The notes beneath the pieces are model-generated. The model did no database searches and was not told the DNA's origin. It saw only the letters and a list, made by a program, of their open reading frames with translations. A stretch of DNA of 64,000 nucleotides from a virus. Both the position numbers and the translations under genes were made by a program. This document shows positions 16,879-25,978 of the stretch, piece after piece. The stretch lies in IMG/VR virus record IMGVR_UViG_3300050034_000334. One strand, 5' to 3'. Within the stretch, counting starts at the first letter, position 1. Each line of letters opens with the position of its first letter.

Positions 16879-18360
16879 TTATCCTTTGTAGATGTTGACC
16901 TCATCCTGAGGATTGAAGCGACGAACCTGACCTGGCTCGCCCAGAAGTGCAACCTTGCCACCTTCCAAAGTCGCTTTCTTCACAGCCATGAAAGTACCTG
17001 ACATGGCAAGAATATCGCCAGGCTGAATCATGTCAGCTGTCACCCAATGAAGTTCCTTTGATCGAGTTGAAGCATACAAACCCCAGTCAACAGTATGATT
17101 CAGCTTCTCTCCTCTGGGCACGTCGTTCTCTTCCAGTCCAGGACGGAGGACTCTGTTGTCAGGACCAGTGGTGGTGAATTTCCATTCCTTGGTATCTGGG
17201 AAGGAGTACTGAATGTCCTCCACCATATCCTCAAGAGCTTCATCGATGTTCTCGCTAGCACCAGAGACCGATATTCGAATCCACTTCTTGCTTGGGTCAC
17301 TGAAGACATACCCGCGATCAAGGCGGTCAAAGGAATATCCATGAGAGGGCAGTCCATTTGCACTGCAGAACTTCTCATGAAGACACATTATCTTGAGACC
17401 ACGATCGTTCTTCGTATACATCCTGTACATGGGGAAGACGTATGGTCCGTTGTCAGGAGTCCAGAGCCACTTCATCTCAGGTGCGAGAGCCGTGGGTGTC
17501 TTGTATCCTTCGGGGATGTAGTAACTGGCCTTCTTGCTCATCGAACCGAGCTTGGGTGGCTCATTGATTCCCTTGACGATGCCGTGATCCCAGTTCTTCC
17601 CACAGTCGTTGCACTTGGCTGTCTCAAAGTCAGTCGGCATCAGGCTGTAATCAGAGGATCCACAGTTGGGACACTTTGGTTTCTTTGTAGACTGTTTACG
17701 GGCACTGGGCTTGTTGAAATCTCCATAAGTATACTTGTGGCATGGACGCATGTTCTTAACCTGAAGACGAACACCTTGCTCCGGAGTGATTTCTCCACCA
17801 GCACCCTGAACTTCAGGTTCCCAGAAAGTACCACCCCATCCACGCAGAACTGTTCCGCCATCGACTGGGAAGGCCAGCAAGGGATAGTTTTCACTGAGAT
17901 AGCTAGCAAGATTTCCTTCTATTTCTCCAACACGTTGAATCCAGCCTTCTCCAAGATCTGCAGTTGATATGGTGCGTAGTTTTGTGATCCATTGATTGAT
18001 TTGTTCTATTGTACCATTCATTCCAGTGGAGATCATGGGATACTGATCTCCTCTAGGACCATGGTCTAGTGCTTTGCCAAAGTAGACTGCATACTCTTCT
18101 CCAGAAGCCGTCTTGTTGCCATCACGAACGGAGATCAGAGTGATGCCCTTTTCCCTGGCCTTGAACGGATCGACGATGTGGTCTTTCCAGCGCACCGTCC
18201 ACAGGGCCTTCTCATCTGCCTTGGTGGGAGACTTGACGATGTCGACCATGGGGCCAAACACATCCACCAACTGAAAGTTACGCTCTTGCTCAGTGGGGAG
18301 CAGACCGATGATTTCAGCATGATGCCAAGGATTGGCCGCCAGCAATAGCTTAGAGATCAT
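16879..18360 (-). CDS. modular protein with SKLLLA leader, one copy of the unknown repeat domain and Zn ribbon
   Basis: MISKLLLAA; KTASG linker; STGMNGTIEQINQW..PVDGG..EQGVRL; CPNCGS...CNDCG. Confidence 0.75.
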   Translation of the reverse strand: MISKLLLAANPWHHAEIIGLLPTEQERNFQLVDVFGPMVDIVKSPTKADEKALWTVRWKDHIVDPFKAREKGITLISVRDGNKTASGEEYAVYFGKALDHGPRGDQYPMISTGMNGTIEQINQWITKLRTISTADLGEGWIQRVGEIEGNLASYLSENYPLLAFPVDGGTVLRGWGGTFWEPEVQGAGGEITPEQGVRLQVKNMRPCHKYTYGDFNKPSARKQSTKKPKCPNCGSSDYSLMPTDFETAKCNDCGKNWDHGIVKGINEPPKLGSMSKKASYYIPEGYKTPTALAPEMKWLWTPDNGPYVFPMYRMYTKNDRGLKIMCLHEKFCSANGLPSHGYSFDRLDRGYVFSDPSKKWIRISVSGASENIDEALEDMVEDIQYSFPDTKEWKFTTTGPDNRVLRPGLEENDVPRGEKLNHTVDWGLYASTRSKELHWVTADMIQPGDILAMSGTFMAVKKATLEGGKVALLGEPGQVRRFNPQDEVNIYKG

Positions 18361-18361
18361 G

Positions 18362-18583
18362 TCAGTCCTTTTGTTCCTTCTGCTCTGCCCGCAAACCTGC
18401 GATCACTGGAAGCAGGACCTCTTGGATTTGATACATGAAGAAAGAAACCAGTTTCTGAGCACCAGGTTCAGCTATCTGTTCTTCAGTGACTGCATCCCAG
18501 ATGTCCTCAATGACCAGATTATACCCTTGATCCTTGGTCACATCATTGTGCTGAAGAAAATCAACAAGTTCAGTGGTTTTCAT
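18362..18583 (-). CDS. hypothetical protein
   Basis: GGAGG RBS before MKTTEL. Confidence 0.7.
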   Translation of the reverse strand: MKTTELVDFLQHNDVTKDQGYNLVIEDIWDAVTEEQIAEPGAQKLVSFFMYQIQEVLLPVIAGLRAEQKEQKD

Positions 18584-18639
18584 GCTAACCTCCACCTGTT
18601 GGAGTAACCGCTATTCGGATTTCTTCCGTAGAATAAAGC

Positions 18640-19650
18640 ATGCCTCTGATTTGCTATACTCCGAAGACGTTCAATGCTGACAAGCTGGATCTGATCGCCA
18701 AAGCCAATGTCATCTTGAACCAGTATGCATCAGACGGTTACGATCTCACCTTGCGCCAGCTGTACTATCAGTTTGTGTCCAAGAACTACATCCCCAACTC
18801 AGTCAAGGAGTATGTCAAGCTCGGAGATCTCATCTCCGATGCCCGACTCGCTGGACTCGTGGACTGGTTCATGATTGTAGATCGCGGTCGTGGAATGGTC
18901 AAGAACAATCACTGGCAGAAACCCAGTCAGTTGGTCGAAGCGGCGGCGGACCAATTCGCTACCGACAAGTGGGACAATCAAGCACACTATGTAGAAGTCT
19001 GGGTGGAGAAGGATAGCCTCCGTGGCATCATCGCCAGAGCTTGCCAGCCTCTCGATGTTCCACATTTCAGTTGCCGTGGATACAACTCTCAGTCGGAAAT
19101 GTGGGTCGCTGCCCAGCGTCTACTGGTTGCCCGGGAGAAGGGCAAAGAGGTTCACATCATCCACCTTGGCGACCATGACCCAAGTGGAATCGACATGTCT
19201 CGGGATATGGAAGACCGGCTCACAATCTTCACTCGTGACCCAGTCCACATTGATCGTATCGCGCTGAACATGAACCAGATTCAGCAGTACGATCCTCCTC
19301 CGAACCCGGCCAAGATCACCGACTCTCGCTATGAATCATATCGCAAGCACTTCGGTGAGAGTTCCTGGGAACTGGACGCATTGGCTCCGGAGATCATCGT
19401 TGATCTCATCGAAACTGCTGTCAAGAAGTATCGCAATCAGGAACTCTGGGACAAAGCTGTCAAGGATGAGAAGCGTGGCAAAGACACACTTCGCTACATC
19501 CACCAGTATTTTCCAGAGGTTGTGAAGTTCATTCGTTCCGAGCGCGAGAAGGACGACTCTCCGGTCATCTGCCAAGGATGTGGAGCTACTCAGGCCAACC
19601 CTCGCTGCCTGTGCCATGACGAACCTCGACCCAAGTGGATTCTGGAGTAA
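18640..19650 (+). CDS. Toprim-domain protein (topoisomerase VI subunit A / JetD-like)
   Basis: LTLRQLYYQ winged helix; VWVEKD; HLGDHDPSG; WELDAL. Confidence 0.85.
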   Translation: MPLICYTPKTFNADKLDLIAKANVILNQYASDGYDLTLRQLYYQFVSKNYIPNSVKEYVKLGDLISDARLAGLVDWFMIVDRGRGMVKNNHWQKPSQLVEAAADQFATDKWDNQAHYVEVWVEKDSLRGIIARACQPLDVPHFSCRGYNSQSEMWVAAQRLLVAREKGKEVHIIHLGDHDPSGIDMSRDMEDRLTIFTRDPVHIDRIALNMNQIQQYDPPPNPAKITDSRYESYRKHFGESSWELDALAPEIIVDLIETAVKKYRNQELWDKAVKDEKRGKDTLRYIHQYFPEVVKFIRSEREKDDSPVICQGCGATQANPRCLCHDEPRPKWILE

Positions 19651-19651
19651 A

Positions 19652-19990
19652 ATGTCTACCCTCGATGCTTTGAAAGGTTTCTACGAGCAAGAAAAGGATC
19701 AGCCTCTCAAACTGATGTATCTGTCTGTTGGCAGCTTGAAGGGTTGGCTTGGAGCATTCATTGTACTTGCTCATGGACCTAACGATGCCGTACTGAAACT
19801 GACTCTAGACCACCCGGACATTCAGCCTGATCATATCCTGGGATCGCCACTTTCAGACGATATGATTGTCTCTGAGTCCGATCGGAATAGACTTCTCACC
19901 AAGTCAGAAGTGGAAGCTATTTTCGGAAAGCTCGAACATCTGAGAACAAACCTTTGTTGTGGCCATACTCGTGTAGTGGAGGATCAATGA
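19652..19990 (+). CDS. hypothetical protein
   Basis: ATG at 19652 after GGAG, directly following the upstream stop. Confidence 0.7.
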   Translation: MSTLDALKGFYEQEKDQPLKLMYLSVGSLKGWLGAFIVLAHGPNDAVLKLTLDHPDIQPDHILGSPLSDDMIVSESDRNRLLTKSEVEAIFGKLEHLRTNLCCGHTRVVEDQ

Positions 19991-20199
19991 GCCTAGCACC
20001 GCAGAATCTCGTAGACAAGAAGTGGACCACAGAGATTTCTCTCACTCAACCAGAGATGAGGGAACTACATGAGTCCGTGGACTTCTTGAAGACCATGCTC
20101 AAGGATGCACTAGAACAGGGTCCACTTGTCATTCATCCCACCGGCGCTGCAATCAAGTACATTGAACTTCTGACAAAATTCATGGATAAGAACTTCTAG
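19987..20199 (+). CDS. hypothetical protein
   Basis: ATGA overlap; GGAGG RBS. Confidence 0.7.
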   Translation: MSLAPQNLVDKKWTTEISLTQPEMRELHESVDFLKTMLKDALEQGPLVIHPTGAAIKYIELLTKFMDKNF

Positions 20200-20240
20200 A
20201 TTCCTAACCGTTTGAAACTCGCATCAGGTAGAGAGAAGGT

Positions 20241-20501
20241 ATGAGTCAAGCATATTCTCACGCCACTGTCGCCGCTGCCTTTGAGATCGCCGCCAAGACC
20301 ACGACGATCGCCCTGACCAAACGGGCCTTCGAATTCGCCATCCTTCGCGACAACCAGATGTACTCTTACGATGGCTGGTCTTTCATCCAGCACATGAACG
20401 AACTCTGGATCGAAGGAGAAGTTGACGGTCAGAAACGCTATCGCATGGCAGAGCACCTGGGATTCGGATGGGTGTCTGGTGCCAGTTTAGAGGTAGTGTA
20501 A
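20241..20501 (+). CDS. hypothetical protein
   Basis: 86-aa ORF directly after a GGTAGA promoter-like motif. Confidence 0.7.
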   Translation: MSQAYSHATVAAAFEIAAKTTTIALTKRAFEFAILRDNQMYSYDGWSFIQHMNELWIEGEVDGQKRYRMAEHLGFGWVSGASLEVV

Positions 20502-20692
20502 TGCTGACAGTCACGACCACCTACACCATCGTGCCAGTGAACTACGTCATCAAGACTGAGTTTGTAAATCCTCCCATACCTGACCGCAGCAAAGACTGGT
20601 GCGCGTTCCCAGAAGGTCAGGAAGAAGCCGGTCCCTATGGATGGGGACGCACCGAAGAGGAAGCGATCGAGTCCTTCATGGAGAATCTATGA
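20501..20692 (+). CDS. hypothetical protein
   Basis: TAATG coupling; PPIPDRSKDWCA...GWGRTEEEAI motif typical of small phage proteins. Confidence 0.7.
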   Translation: MLTVTTTYTIVPVNYVIKTEFVNPPIPDRSKDWCAFPEGQEEAGPYGWGRTEEEAIESFMENL

Positions 20693-20841
20693 ACGTCGCC
20701 GAATACCTCTCCGCTCGCGGCTGGAAACTCTACCGCACAAGGTTTGAAGGAAAACCGGCTCAGTGGTCCTCTCCCTACGAGAACAAGGTATACGATCAGA
20801 AAGAAGCATACAAGACCGAGAAAGCAAAGTGGGCCAAGTGA
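20689..20841 (+). CDS. hypothetical protein
   Basis: ATGA coupling; GGAG RBS; MNVAEYLSARGW. Confidence 0.65.
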   Translation: MNVAEYLSARGWKLYRTRFEGKPAQWSSPYENKVYDQKEAYKTEKAKWAK

Positions 20842-21110
20842 GCCAGTACCTTACATTGCGCGATGTAGACGAGATGCCCATCTCGGATTTCGAAGTCTAC
20901 AACGAATGGATGGAGGCAGTTCGGCACTTCGGTTACACGATTGCTCTCGCCAATGCCCGGCCTCGTATCGCGCTTCTGCTCAGCATGACTCCTGAGCGAG
21001 TTCAAGGTTTCATGGAGAAGTTCGACCTGGAACACAATCCTCCTCGCTTTCCAATAGGTTCTGAAGAAACAGAAGAAATGGAGCTTACAAATGAACAGCC
21101 ACAATTTTGA
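20838..21110 (+). CDS. hypothetical protein
   Basis: GTGA coupling with the upstream gene. Confidence 0.6.
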   Translation: MSQYLTLRDVDEMPISDFEVYNEWMEAVRHFGYTIALANARPRIALLLSMTPERVQGFMEKFDLEHNPPRFPIGSEETEEMELTNEQPQF

Positions 21111-21252
21111 ACTGATCACGAAGTGCATCGAAACTCAGCGTCGTTGGATGCACGCGGCAAGCAGGATCACGGAAGCTAACCCATCGACCGTCCAGCAATA
21201 TGGGTTCGCCTCCGTTTGTACAAGAACATTTTGGAGGATTCTTCACTCTCAT
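21085..21252 (-). CDS. small hypothetical protein (not in ORF track)
   Basis: Manual translation MRVKNPPKCSC...DPACRVHP (55 aa); ATGA-coupled. Confidence 0.55.
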   Translation of the reverse strand: MRVKNPPKCSCTNGGEPILLDGRWVSFRDPACRVHPTTLSFDALRDQFKIVAVHL

Positions 21253-21422
21253 TTATGTTTCCTCATCTGCGCAACTACTAAGTTGACATGCTCATGGCTG
21301 TAGTCCAGCGTTCCATCGTCCTGCCAGAGCGTGTCTGCGATTGCTTTGGCTGTCTCATGGGCTTTCGGGGAATGGTCCCGCAGTACGTCGAGCGCGTGTT
21401 CAATCATGCGGTGACGCTTCAT
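21249..21422 (-). CDS. small hypothetical protein (not in ORF track)
   Basis: Manual translation MKRHRMIEHALDVLR...QMRKHK (57 aa); ATGA-coupled at both ends. Confidence 0.6.
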   Translation of the reverse strand: MKRHRMIEHALDVLRDHSPKAHETAKAIADTLWQDDGTLDYSHEHVNLVVAQMRKHK

Positions 21423-21502
21423 TTGCCGTCATCCTTGAGCATCATCCAAACGACAAAGCCGAGAAACAGAAAGACAATCAGGGTATCCAATACTTCACTC
21501 AT
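21419..21502 (-). CDS. 27-aa single-pass membrane peptide (not in ORF track)
   Basis: MSEVLDTLIVFLFLGFVVWMMLKDDGK; GGAGG RBS. Confidence 0.55.
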   Translation of the reverse strand: MSEVLDTLIVFLFLGFVVWMMLKDDGK

Positions 21503-21875
21503 GCTCAGCCTCCGGTGTCTGCGCGGGCAACGCTATAGCAGCGTCGCGTAATTCCTTTGCTCCTCGCCATGCATCACAGCAAGCGCAATTATCTTCTGGA
21601 CGGCATCCTTCCCATCCTCCCAGTTCTCCTGCTGCGTGCGCTGCTGATAAAGCCATCCTCAGCCGTTGGTTCTCAGCTTGAAGCCTTCCGTTTGCCAGTG
21701 CCGTTGCCTCGTACTCAGACTTGATGGACGCGAGTTGCGCCTCGGCCCGCGAGAGGTCATAGACCAGCATTTGTACTGTAGATGCGCCGCTACCCATTAC
21801 GCCGCCTTCGCCGACAAGCGCCTGATTGTAAGTACCAACCAGGCGTTCCGCGATCTCCACGCCGTTAATTTTCAT
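21495..21875 (-). CDS. hypothetical coiled-coil protein
   Basis: ATGA-coupled 126-aa ORF. Confidence 0.7.
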   Translation of the reverse strand: MKINGVEIAERLVGTYNQALVGEGGVMGSGASTVQMLVYDLSRAEAQLASIKSEYEATALANGRLQAENQRLRMALSAAHAAGELGGWEGCRPEDNCACCDAWRGAKELRDAAIALPAQTPEAEHE

Positions 21876-22183
21876 TTCGCCACCGACTTGTCCTTCACAA
21901 CCTCATGCGCCTTGACGCAGACGATGGTAAGCGTGTCATCGTTCACCGTGCCGTAGCAACGGTACTCGTTGTTGGGATCGTCCACCGTAAAAATGTAATG
22001 TCCGTCGGAAGTCACTTTCTCAGTGGCCGTGGCGTACCTCGTGATAACCATGGTGCCTGAATTCATATACCAAACATCCTCTGGGTATATTGCCTTCGTC
22101 TCTGGCTTGGCTACTGGCAAGGCTGGCTTGACCGTCTGCGCCGAAAGCGCTGCTGCGAATAGGAACACTGCGAGTGTCTTCAC
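21872..22183 (-). CDS. secreted hypothetical protein
   Basis: GTG start at 22183 (GTGA overlap, AAGGAG RBS); signal peptide MKTLAVFLFAAALSAQ. Confidence 0.7.
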   Translation of the reverse strand: MKTLAVFLFAAALSAQTVKPALPVAKPETKAIYPEDVWYMNSGTMVITRYATATEKVTSDGHYIFTVDDPNNEYRCYGTVNDDTLTIVCVKAHEVVKDKSVAK

Positions 22184-23052
22184 TTCGTCTCCTTTGCGAT
22201 CTCTTCCATAACAGTTGCTGCTAGCGTATTTGGGTCCCACGCTGCACCGTTAACCAGCTTCGCCTGCTGGAACCGCTTGGTGATGCGCTCCTGGAGGGTG
22301 GGCGGCAGTGATCCGTCCTCTACGCGTGCACGAATCTTGCTGGATGCGAATAACGCATCGCTAACGTTCCATCCGTGCTCATCTAAGAGGTATGCCGCCG
22401 CCGCCTTCGACCACCGCGCATTGCTGTCCTGCTGAATTAGGCGGATTACTGCATCCACCGCTTGCCGATTTCGTCCTGCTTCTTCTGTCCGAAGATGGTT
22501 AGCCTGTAAGAATGCAGACATTGCCCTATCAGCCAGATCGCCGTCTACCGGAGCGGGCTGCGTTCCCCTGTGCTGGTCTTCCCAGTCGGCTTGAGCGACG
22601 GATGCAATGGAAGTAGGAGCCGCGACATCGCATTTGTCGCGTAGGTCGCGCAGTCGGGTACACGTGTCGTTCCATGTCGGACTATTACCTGCCTCGTCTA
22701 TGTAGCGCCCCTGAACCCATTTGTTGAGCATATCTACTGCGTCTGCGAGAGCGTCCCAGTCAGCTTTGGTAAGCATCGCGGATGGTTGCATAGCGGGTCG
22801 CTTGGCGAGAACTTCGTCTACGCGAGAGAATACGACATCTCTGCACGGTATGCACAGATCGTGCCAAATCTCATCCTTTTCCTGAGGTGTCAGCGGCGCA
22901 GCCGGTTCCGTGGGAGCGTACTGCACGTGTGGGGCAATAGCTGTAAGAATCTCGTCAGGGTCTAGAATTTTGACTAAGCTCTGCTTTGCCAGCGCCGCTT
23001 CGTTCCATGCCCGTTTTGCATTCTGCCTCATTGTTTCCGTCAATTCCATCAT
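22180..23052 (-). CDS. hypothetical protein
   Basis: 290-aa ORF in a coupled minus-strand run. Confidence 0.75.
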   Translation of the reverse strand: MMELTETMRQNAKRAWNEAALAKQSLVKILDPDEILTAIAPHVQYAPTEPAAPLTPQEKDEIWHDLCIPCRDVVFSRVDEVLAKRPAMQPSAMLTKADWDALADAVDMLNKWVQGRYIDEAGNSPTWNDTCTRLRDLRDKCDVAAPTSIASVAQADWEDQHRGTQPAPVDGDLADRAMSAFLQANHLRTEEAGRNRQAVDAVIRLIQQDSNARWSKAAAAYLLDEHGWNVSDALFASSKIRARVEDGSLPPTLQERITKRFQQAKLVNGAAWDPNTLAATVMEEIAKETK

Positions 23053-23140
23053 GCCCTTCCTTTCGACTCCCGGTAAATCTCTTTCTGTTTATCCAGCCAC
23101 TTTTTCGATACTACTGGAGGCGCAACCTTCATATGTATTC

Positions 23141-23449
23141 CTACCATTTTATTTTCTCTTCCTGTTTACTCCGCAGATGTTTTCCCATGCGCGTTAGGAT
23201 ACCGTTGATCCTACCGACTCTGTTCTTCAGTATCTTCTTCGCTTTATATGCGGCGTACTGAGCACCACAAAGAGGGCAATCATTCATTTCGGCTTCTTCA
23301 TCATCGCACTCCCCAAAGCCGTATTCCTTTCCTGCCGCCTTCCAGTTTCCGATATGGTCATTTCCTACATTATTCTCTTCTAGCAAAGAGCATTTCAAGG
23401 CTTTTGTACGTTCGTACTCATTGAGATGATCGATCGCACGCAAGAGCAT
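23141..23449 (-). CDS. hypothetical protein (true start possibly GTG 23505 across a frameshift)
   Basis: 102-aa ORF with CPLC; upstream AGGAG-GTG lies in another frame. Confidence 0.55.
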   Translation of the reverse strand: MLLRAIDHLNEYERTKALKCSLLEENNVGNDHIGNWKAAGKEYGFGECDDEEAEMNDCPLCGAQYAAYKAKKILKNRVGRINGILTRMGKHLRSKQEEKIKW

Positions 23450-23807
23450 AGAACGCCAAAGATATTGAAGGTCTTAGGAAATGCTATGTATTTTATGGTG
23501 CTCACATCACTCCTGAAGATTACGCAGTTCTCAGAGGATCGTATACTGGACCTGTATACCCCTATTGGGAATATATCAGGAGATTGGCAATCAAAACATC
23601 TCTCTTGTTACGATCTCTCAATTTCTTTTCCGCATCACAGCATTTCCCAATCCACAGTTTTCGCTCGGAGTCGTACTTGATGATCTTCTTGTTCGCCGAT
23701 GAAAAGACGCAGCGCAGGTTGATCACCCAGGAAGACTGTATAACGCAGTGGAAAACCAACCTGCGCTATCAGGACACTAAAGTACCAACAGTGTGTGGGT
23801 TGAAGTT

Positions 23808-24491
23808 TTAGGACTTTTTTAACCAAGATCCAGTCTCAGGATTTCTTGACCTGAGAGCCGCCGCTGCTACCATCTTCTTTGAAATTCTTTCTCTGTATTC
23901 AGGATCCTTCCATCTTTCTCTGGTACTCTTACCCACGGCCACCTTGAACTCTTGTGTATCCCAATGCATATTTTCTCTTGCATTGGGATCCTTAAAGTAC
24001 TCTCTCACTCTTTCTCCCACCACCTTTCTCTTCGAAGGATCGTCTTTGTAGTATTCATCCCACATTTCTCTCATGTGCTTCTTATGCTCCGGACTTCCTA
24101 TCACTAATCGGAGTTTCGCTGGCATTCCTCGTTTTACAGCTTTTCTAGACTGGAGTTTTCTACTCTCCTCCGAAAACTTGAATCCTAGCATGGAGAACGC
24201 TGTTCTACACAGATTGTAGCCGAACTCAGTCAGGTAGCATTTCGTTTTATCTATCCAGTGCTGCTCTCTTTCTACCAATTTATCCTTTTCACAGTGCTCG
24301 ATGATAGAGAACACAAACTTGTCTTCTCCATACTTATCCCAGGCTCTCTGAAATTTGCTGTTAGGGTGAATGCCTCTTCTCAGATCCTCTATATGACATT
24401 TCCTCCGCCGGTCAAGTTCAGTGGATGACCCAACGTATCTCTTATTGTTCACGATGTTTAGAAACTGATATACTCCTGATGATTCTCGCAT
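23808..24491 (-). CDS. GIY-YIG homing endonuclease
   Basis: SGVYQF.N.VNNKRYVGSS..L..R...H...L..G.H.N..FQRAW.KYG; EREQHWID; GYN. Confidence 0.9.
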   Translation of the reverse strand: MRESSGVYQFLNIVNNKRYVGSSTELDRRRKCHIEDLRRGIHPNSKFQRAWDKYGEDKFVFSIIEHCEKDKLVEREQHWIDKTKCYLTEFGYNLCRTAFSMLGFKFSEESRKLQSRKAVKRGMPAKLRLVIGSPEHKKHMREMWDEYYKDDPSKRKVVGERVREYFKDPNARENMHWDTQEFKVAVGKSTRERWKDPEYRERISKKMVAAAALRSRNPETGSWLKKS

Positions 24492-24534
24492 GAGCTCATT
24501 ACCCCAAATGTTATTTGACTTGGTAGATCTAAGT

Positions 24535-25557
24535 ATGGATACGAAAGTTGAATCAATAATAAGACGTATACAGAAGCTGTTCAACATGGCGAACAATGCC
24601 GCCGGAAATGAAGAGCAGGCATCATCCGCACTTGCCAAAGCGCATGAACTCCTGATGGCTCACAATCTGAGTCTGGCTGTAGTTCAGGACACCGTCGTGA
24701 AGGGTGGAGTCCAGAACGGCACCGCCGTCACTGAGGAAGTCCGCAAGCCTGTCACCATCAAGCGCAGCGCGATGTACAAGTGGCAACGCCGGATGTGGGG
24801 CACCCTGGCTCATGTCAACCACTGTTTTCACTGGGTTCACGATGTCAAGGATGGGAATCACAAGAGCCGTTGGGATGACGGATACAAGACCGCTCGCTGG
24901 GTGAAGCGCCACGTCATCTTGGGTCGCGAGAGCAACGTGATCGTCGTCAACCTGATGGGCGAGTATCTCTGTGACACCATTGAACGCCTATGCCCCTATG
25001 CTCCGGTCGACCGTCTGAGCCGCGCTGCGGTCAGTTGGCGGGAAGGGGTTGCCGACCGACTCACTGAACGTCTGGTCGATCAGCAGGAGCAAGAAGAGGC
25101 AGACAATCGTCCTCCCTGCCCTGAATCTCCAGGCCTCAAGAAGAAGTGGATGGCTCAGTATGCCACCATGGCCCTGGCTCTCAAGGATGTCCGCAAGACG
25201 GAGTACGAAGCCAACTATGATGCCGTCCGTGGCGAAGGTGCCTACAAGAAATCTCAGGAAGCACGCAAGGTATCCGCAGTCGAAGCTGAGAGAATTCAGC
25301 AGGAGCGGATCGAGTTTCTACAGAACGAAAGTCCTTCGGATAAGAGGAAGCGCGAAGCTGAAGAAGAGCGCAGACGCATTCGTTCGAACGTGGAAGCGGA
25401 GCGCAGCTATCGCCGGCAAGAGCGTGAACGGCTGGACGATGCGGCTCGTACCGACTGGCGCGCATATGACAAGGGCAAGAAGGTTGGTGATGGCATCAGC
25501 CTTACAACTCAGGTGGGTGGTTCAAGCTCCAAGCCCACTCCGGCACTGGAGGGATGA
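24535..25557 (+). CDS. DUF2786-family protein
   Basis: IIRRIQKLFNMA.....NEEQASSALAKAHELLMAHNLS N-terminus; SWREG; AYDKGKKVG. Confidence 0.8.
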   Translation: MDTKVESIIRRIQKLFNMANNAAGNEEQASSALAKAHELLMAHNLSLAVVQDTVVKGGVQNGTAVTEEVRKPVTIKRSAMYKWQRRMWGTLAHVNHCFHWVHDVKDGNHKSRWDDGYKTARWVKRHVILGRESNVIVVNLMGEYLCDTIERLCPYAPVDRLSRAAVSWREGVADRLTERLVDQQEQEEADNRPPCPESPGLKKKWMAQYATMALALKDVRKTEYEANYDAVRGEGAYKKSQEARKVSAVEAERIQQERIEFLQNESPSDKRKREAEEERRRIRSNVEAERSYRRQERERLDDAARTDWRAYDKGKKVGDGISLTTQVGGSSSKPTPALEG

Positions 25558-25937
25558 TGGCTGACGATTTTGTAAACGAGCACTGCGACTTCTGTTACTC
25601 AACAAACGTGGTCCACCATTTTCCTTGTCTGGACTTTGACAGTGAATCAAAGAACTCGGGTGTGGTATTCCTTCATCCAACGGATCACCTGCCGGTCAAT
25701 GTCGTCCTTGCAAGCAGTGACTACTGGGCTGCCTGCCCGGCTTGCAAGGAACTGGTCGAGAAGGAGGATGTCCTCGGGCTGGTGAAACGAGCGATTGAGG
25801 AAGACGAAGAGGGAGAAAGGCTTTCCATCACCAGCAAGTTGAAGGTTGCCATTCACCTGCGCCAGACCTATGAGATGTTCTTCAAGCTGCGCATCCGCGA
25901 TGGGAAGAACAGGGTCGTCCCTGTCCCTGAGTCTTAA
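25554..25937 (+). CDS. zinc-binding hypothetical protein
   Basis: CDFC...WAACPAC; ATGA coupling. Confidence 0.75.
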   Translation: MMADDFVNEHCDFCYSTNVVHHFPCLDFDSESKNSGVVFLHPTDHLPVNVVLASSDYWAACPACKELVEKEDVLGLVKRAIEEDEEGERLSITSKLKVAIHLRQTYEMFFKLRIRDGKNRVVPVPES

Positions 25938-25978
25938 AGGAAAATCTCACTACACAATCCTATCTTAGAGGATAGGTC

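Noticed and set aside
16879..17060. Split-intein fragment (WVTADMIQPGDIL resembles a Hint motif)
   Set aside because: No N-terminal Cys/Ser block and no terminal His-Asn; more likely a small SH3/KOW-like barrel
21091..21551. Plus-strand ORFs 21091-21303 and 21288-21551
   Set aside because: Better explained by three ATGA-coupled minus-strand small genes
23515..23811. Gene call between the small-gene island and the GIY-YIG gene
   Set aside because: Competing short ORFs on both strands with no decisive RBS or motif
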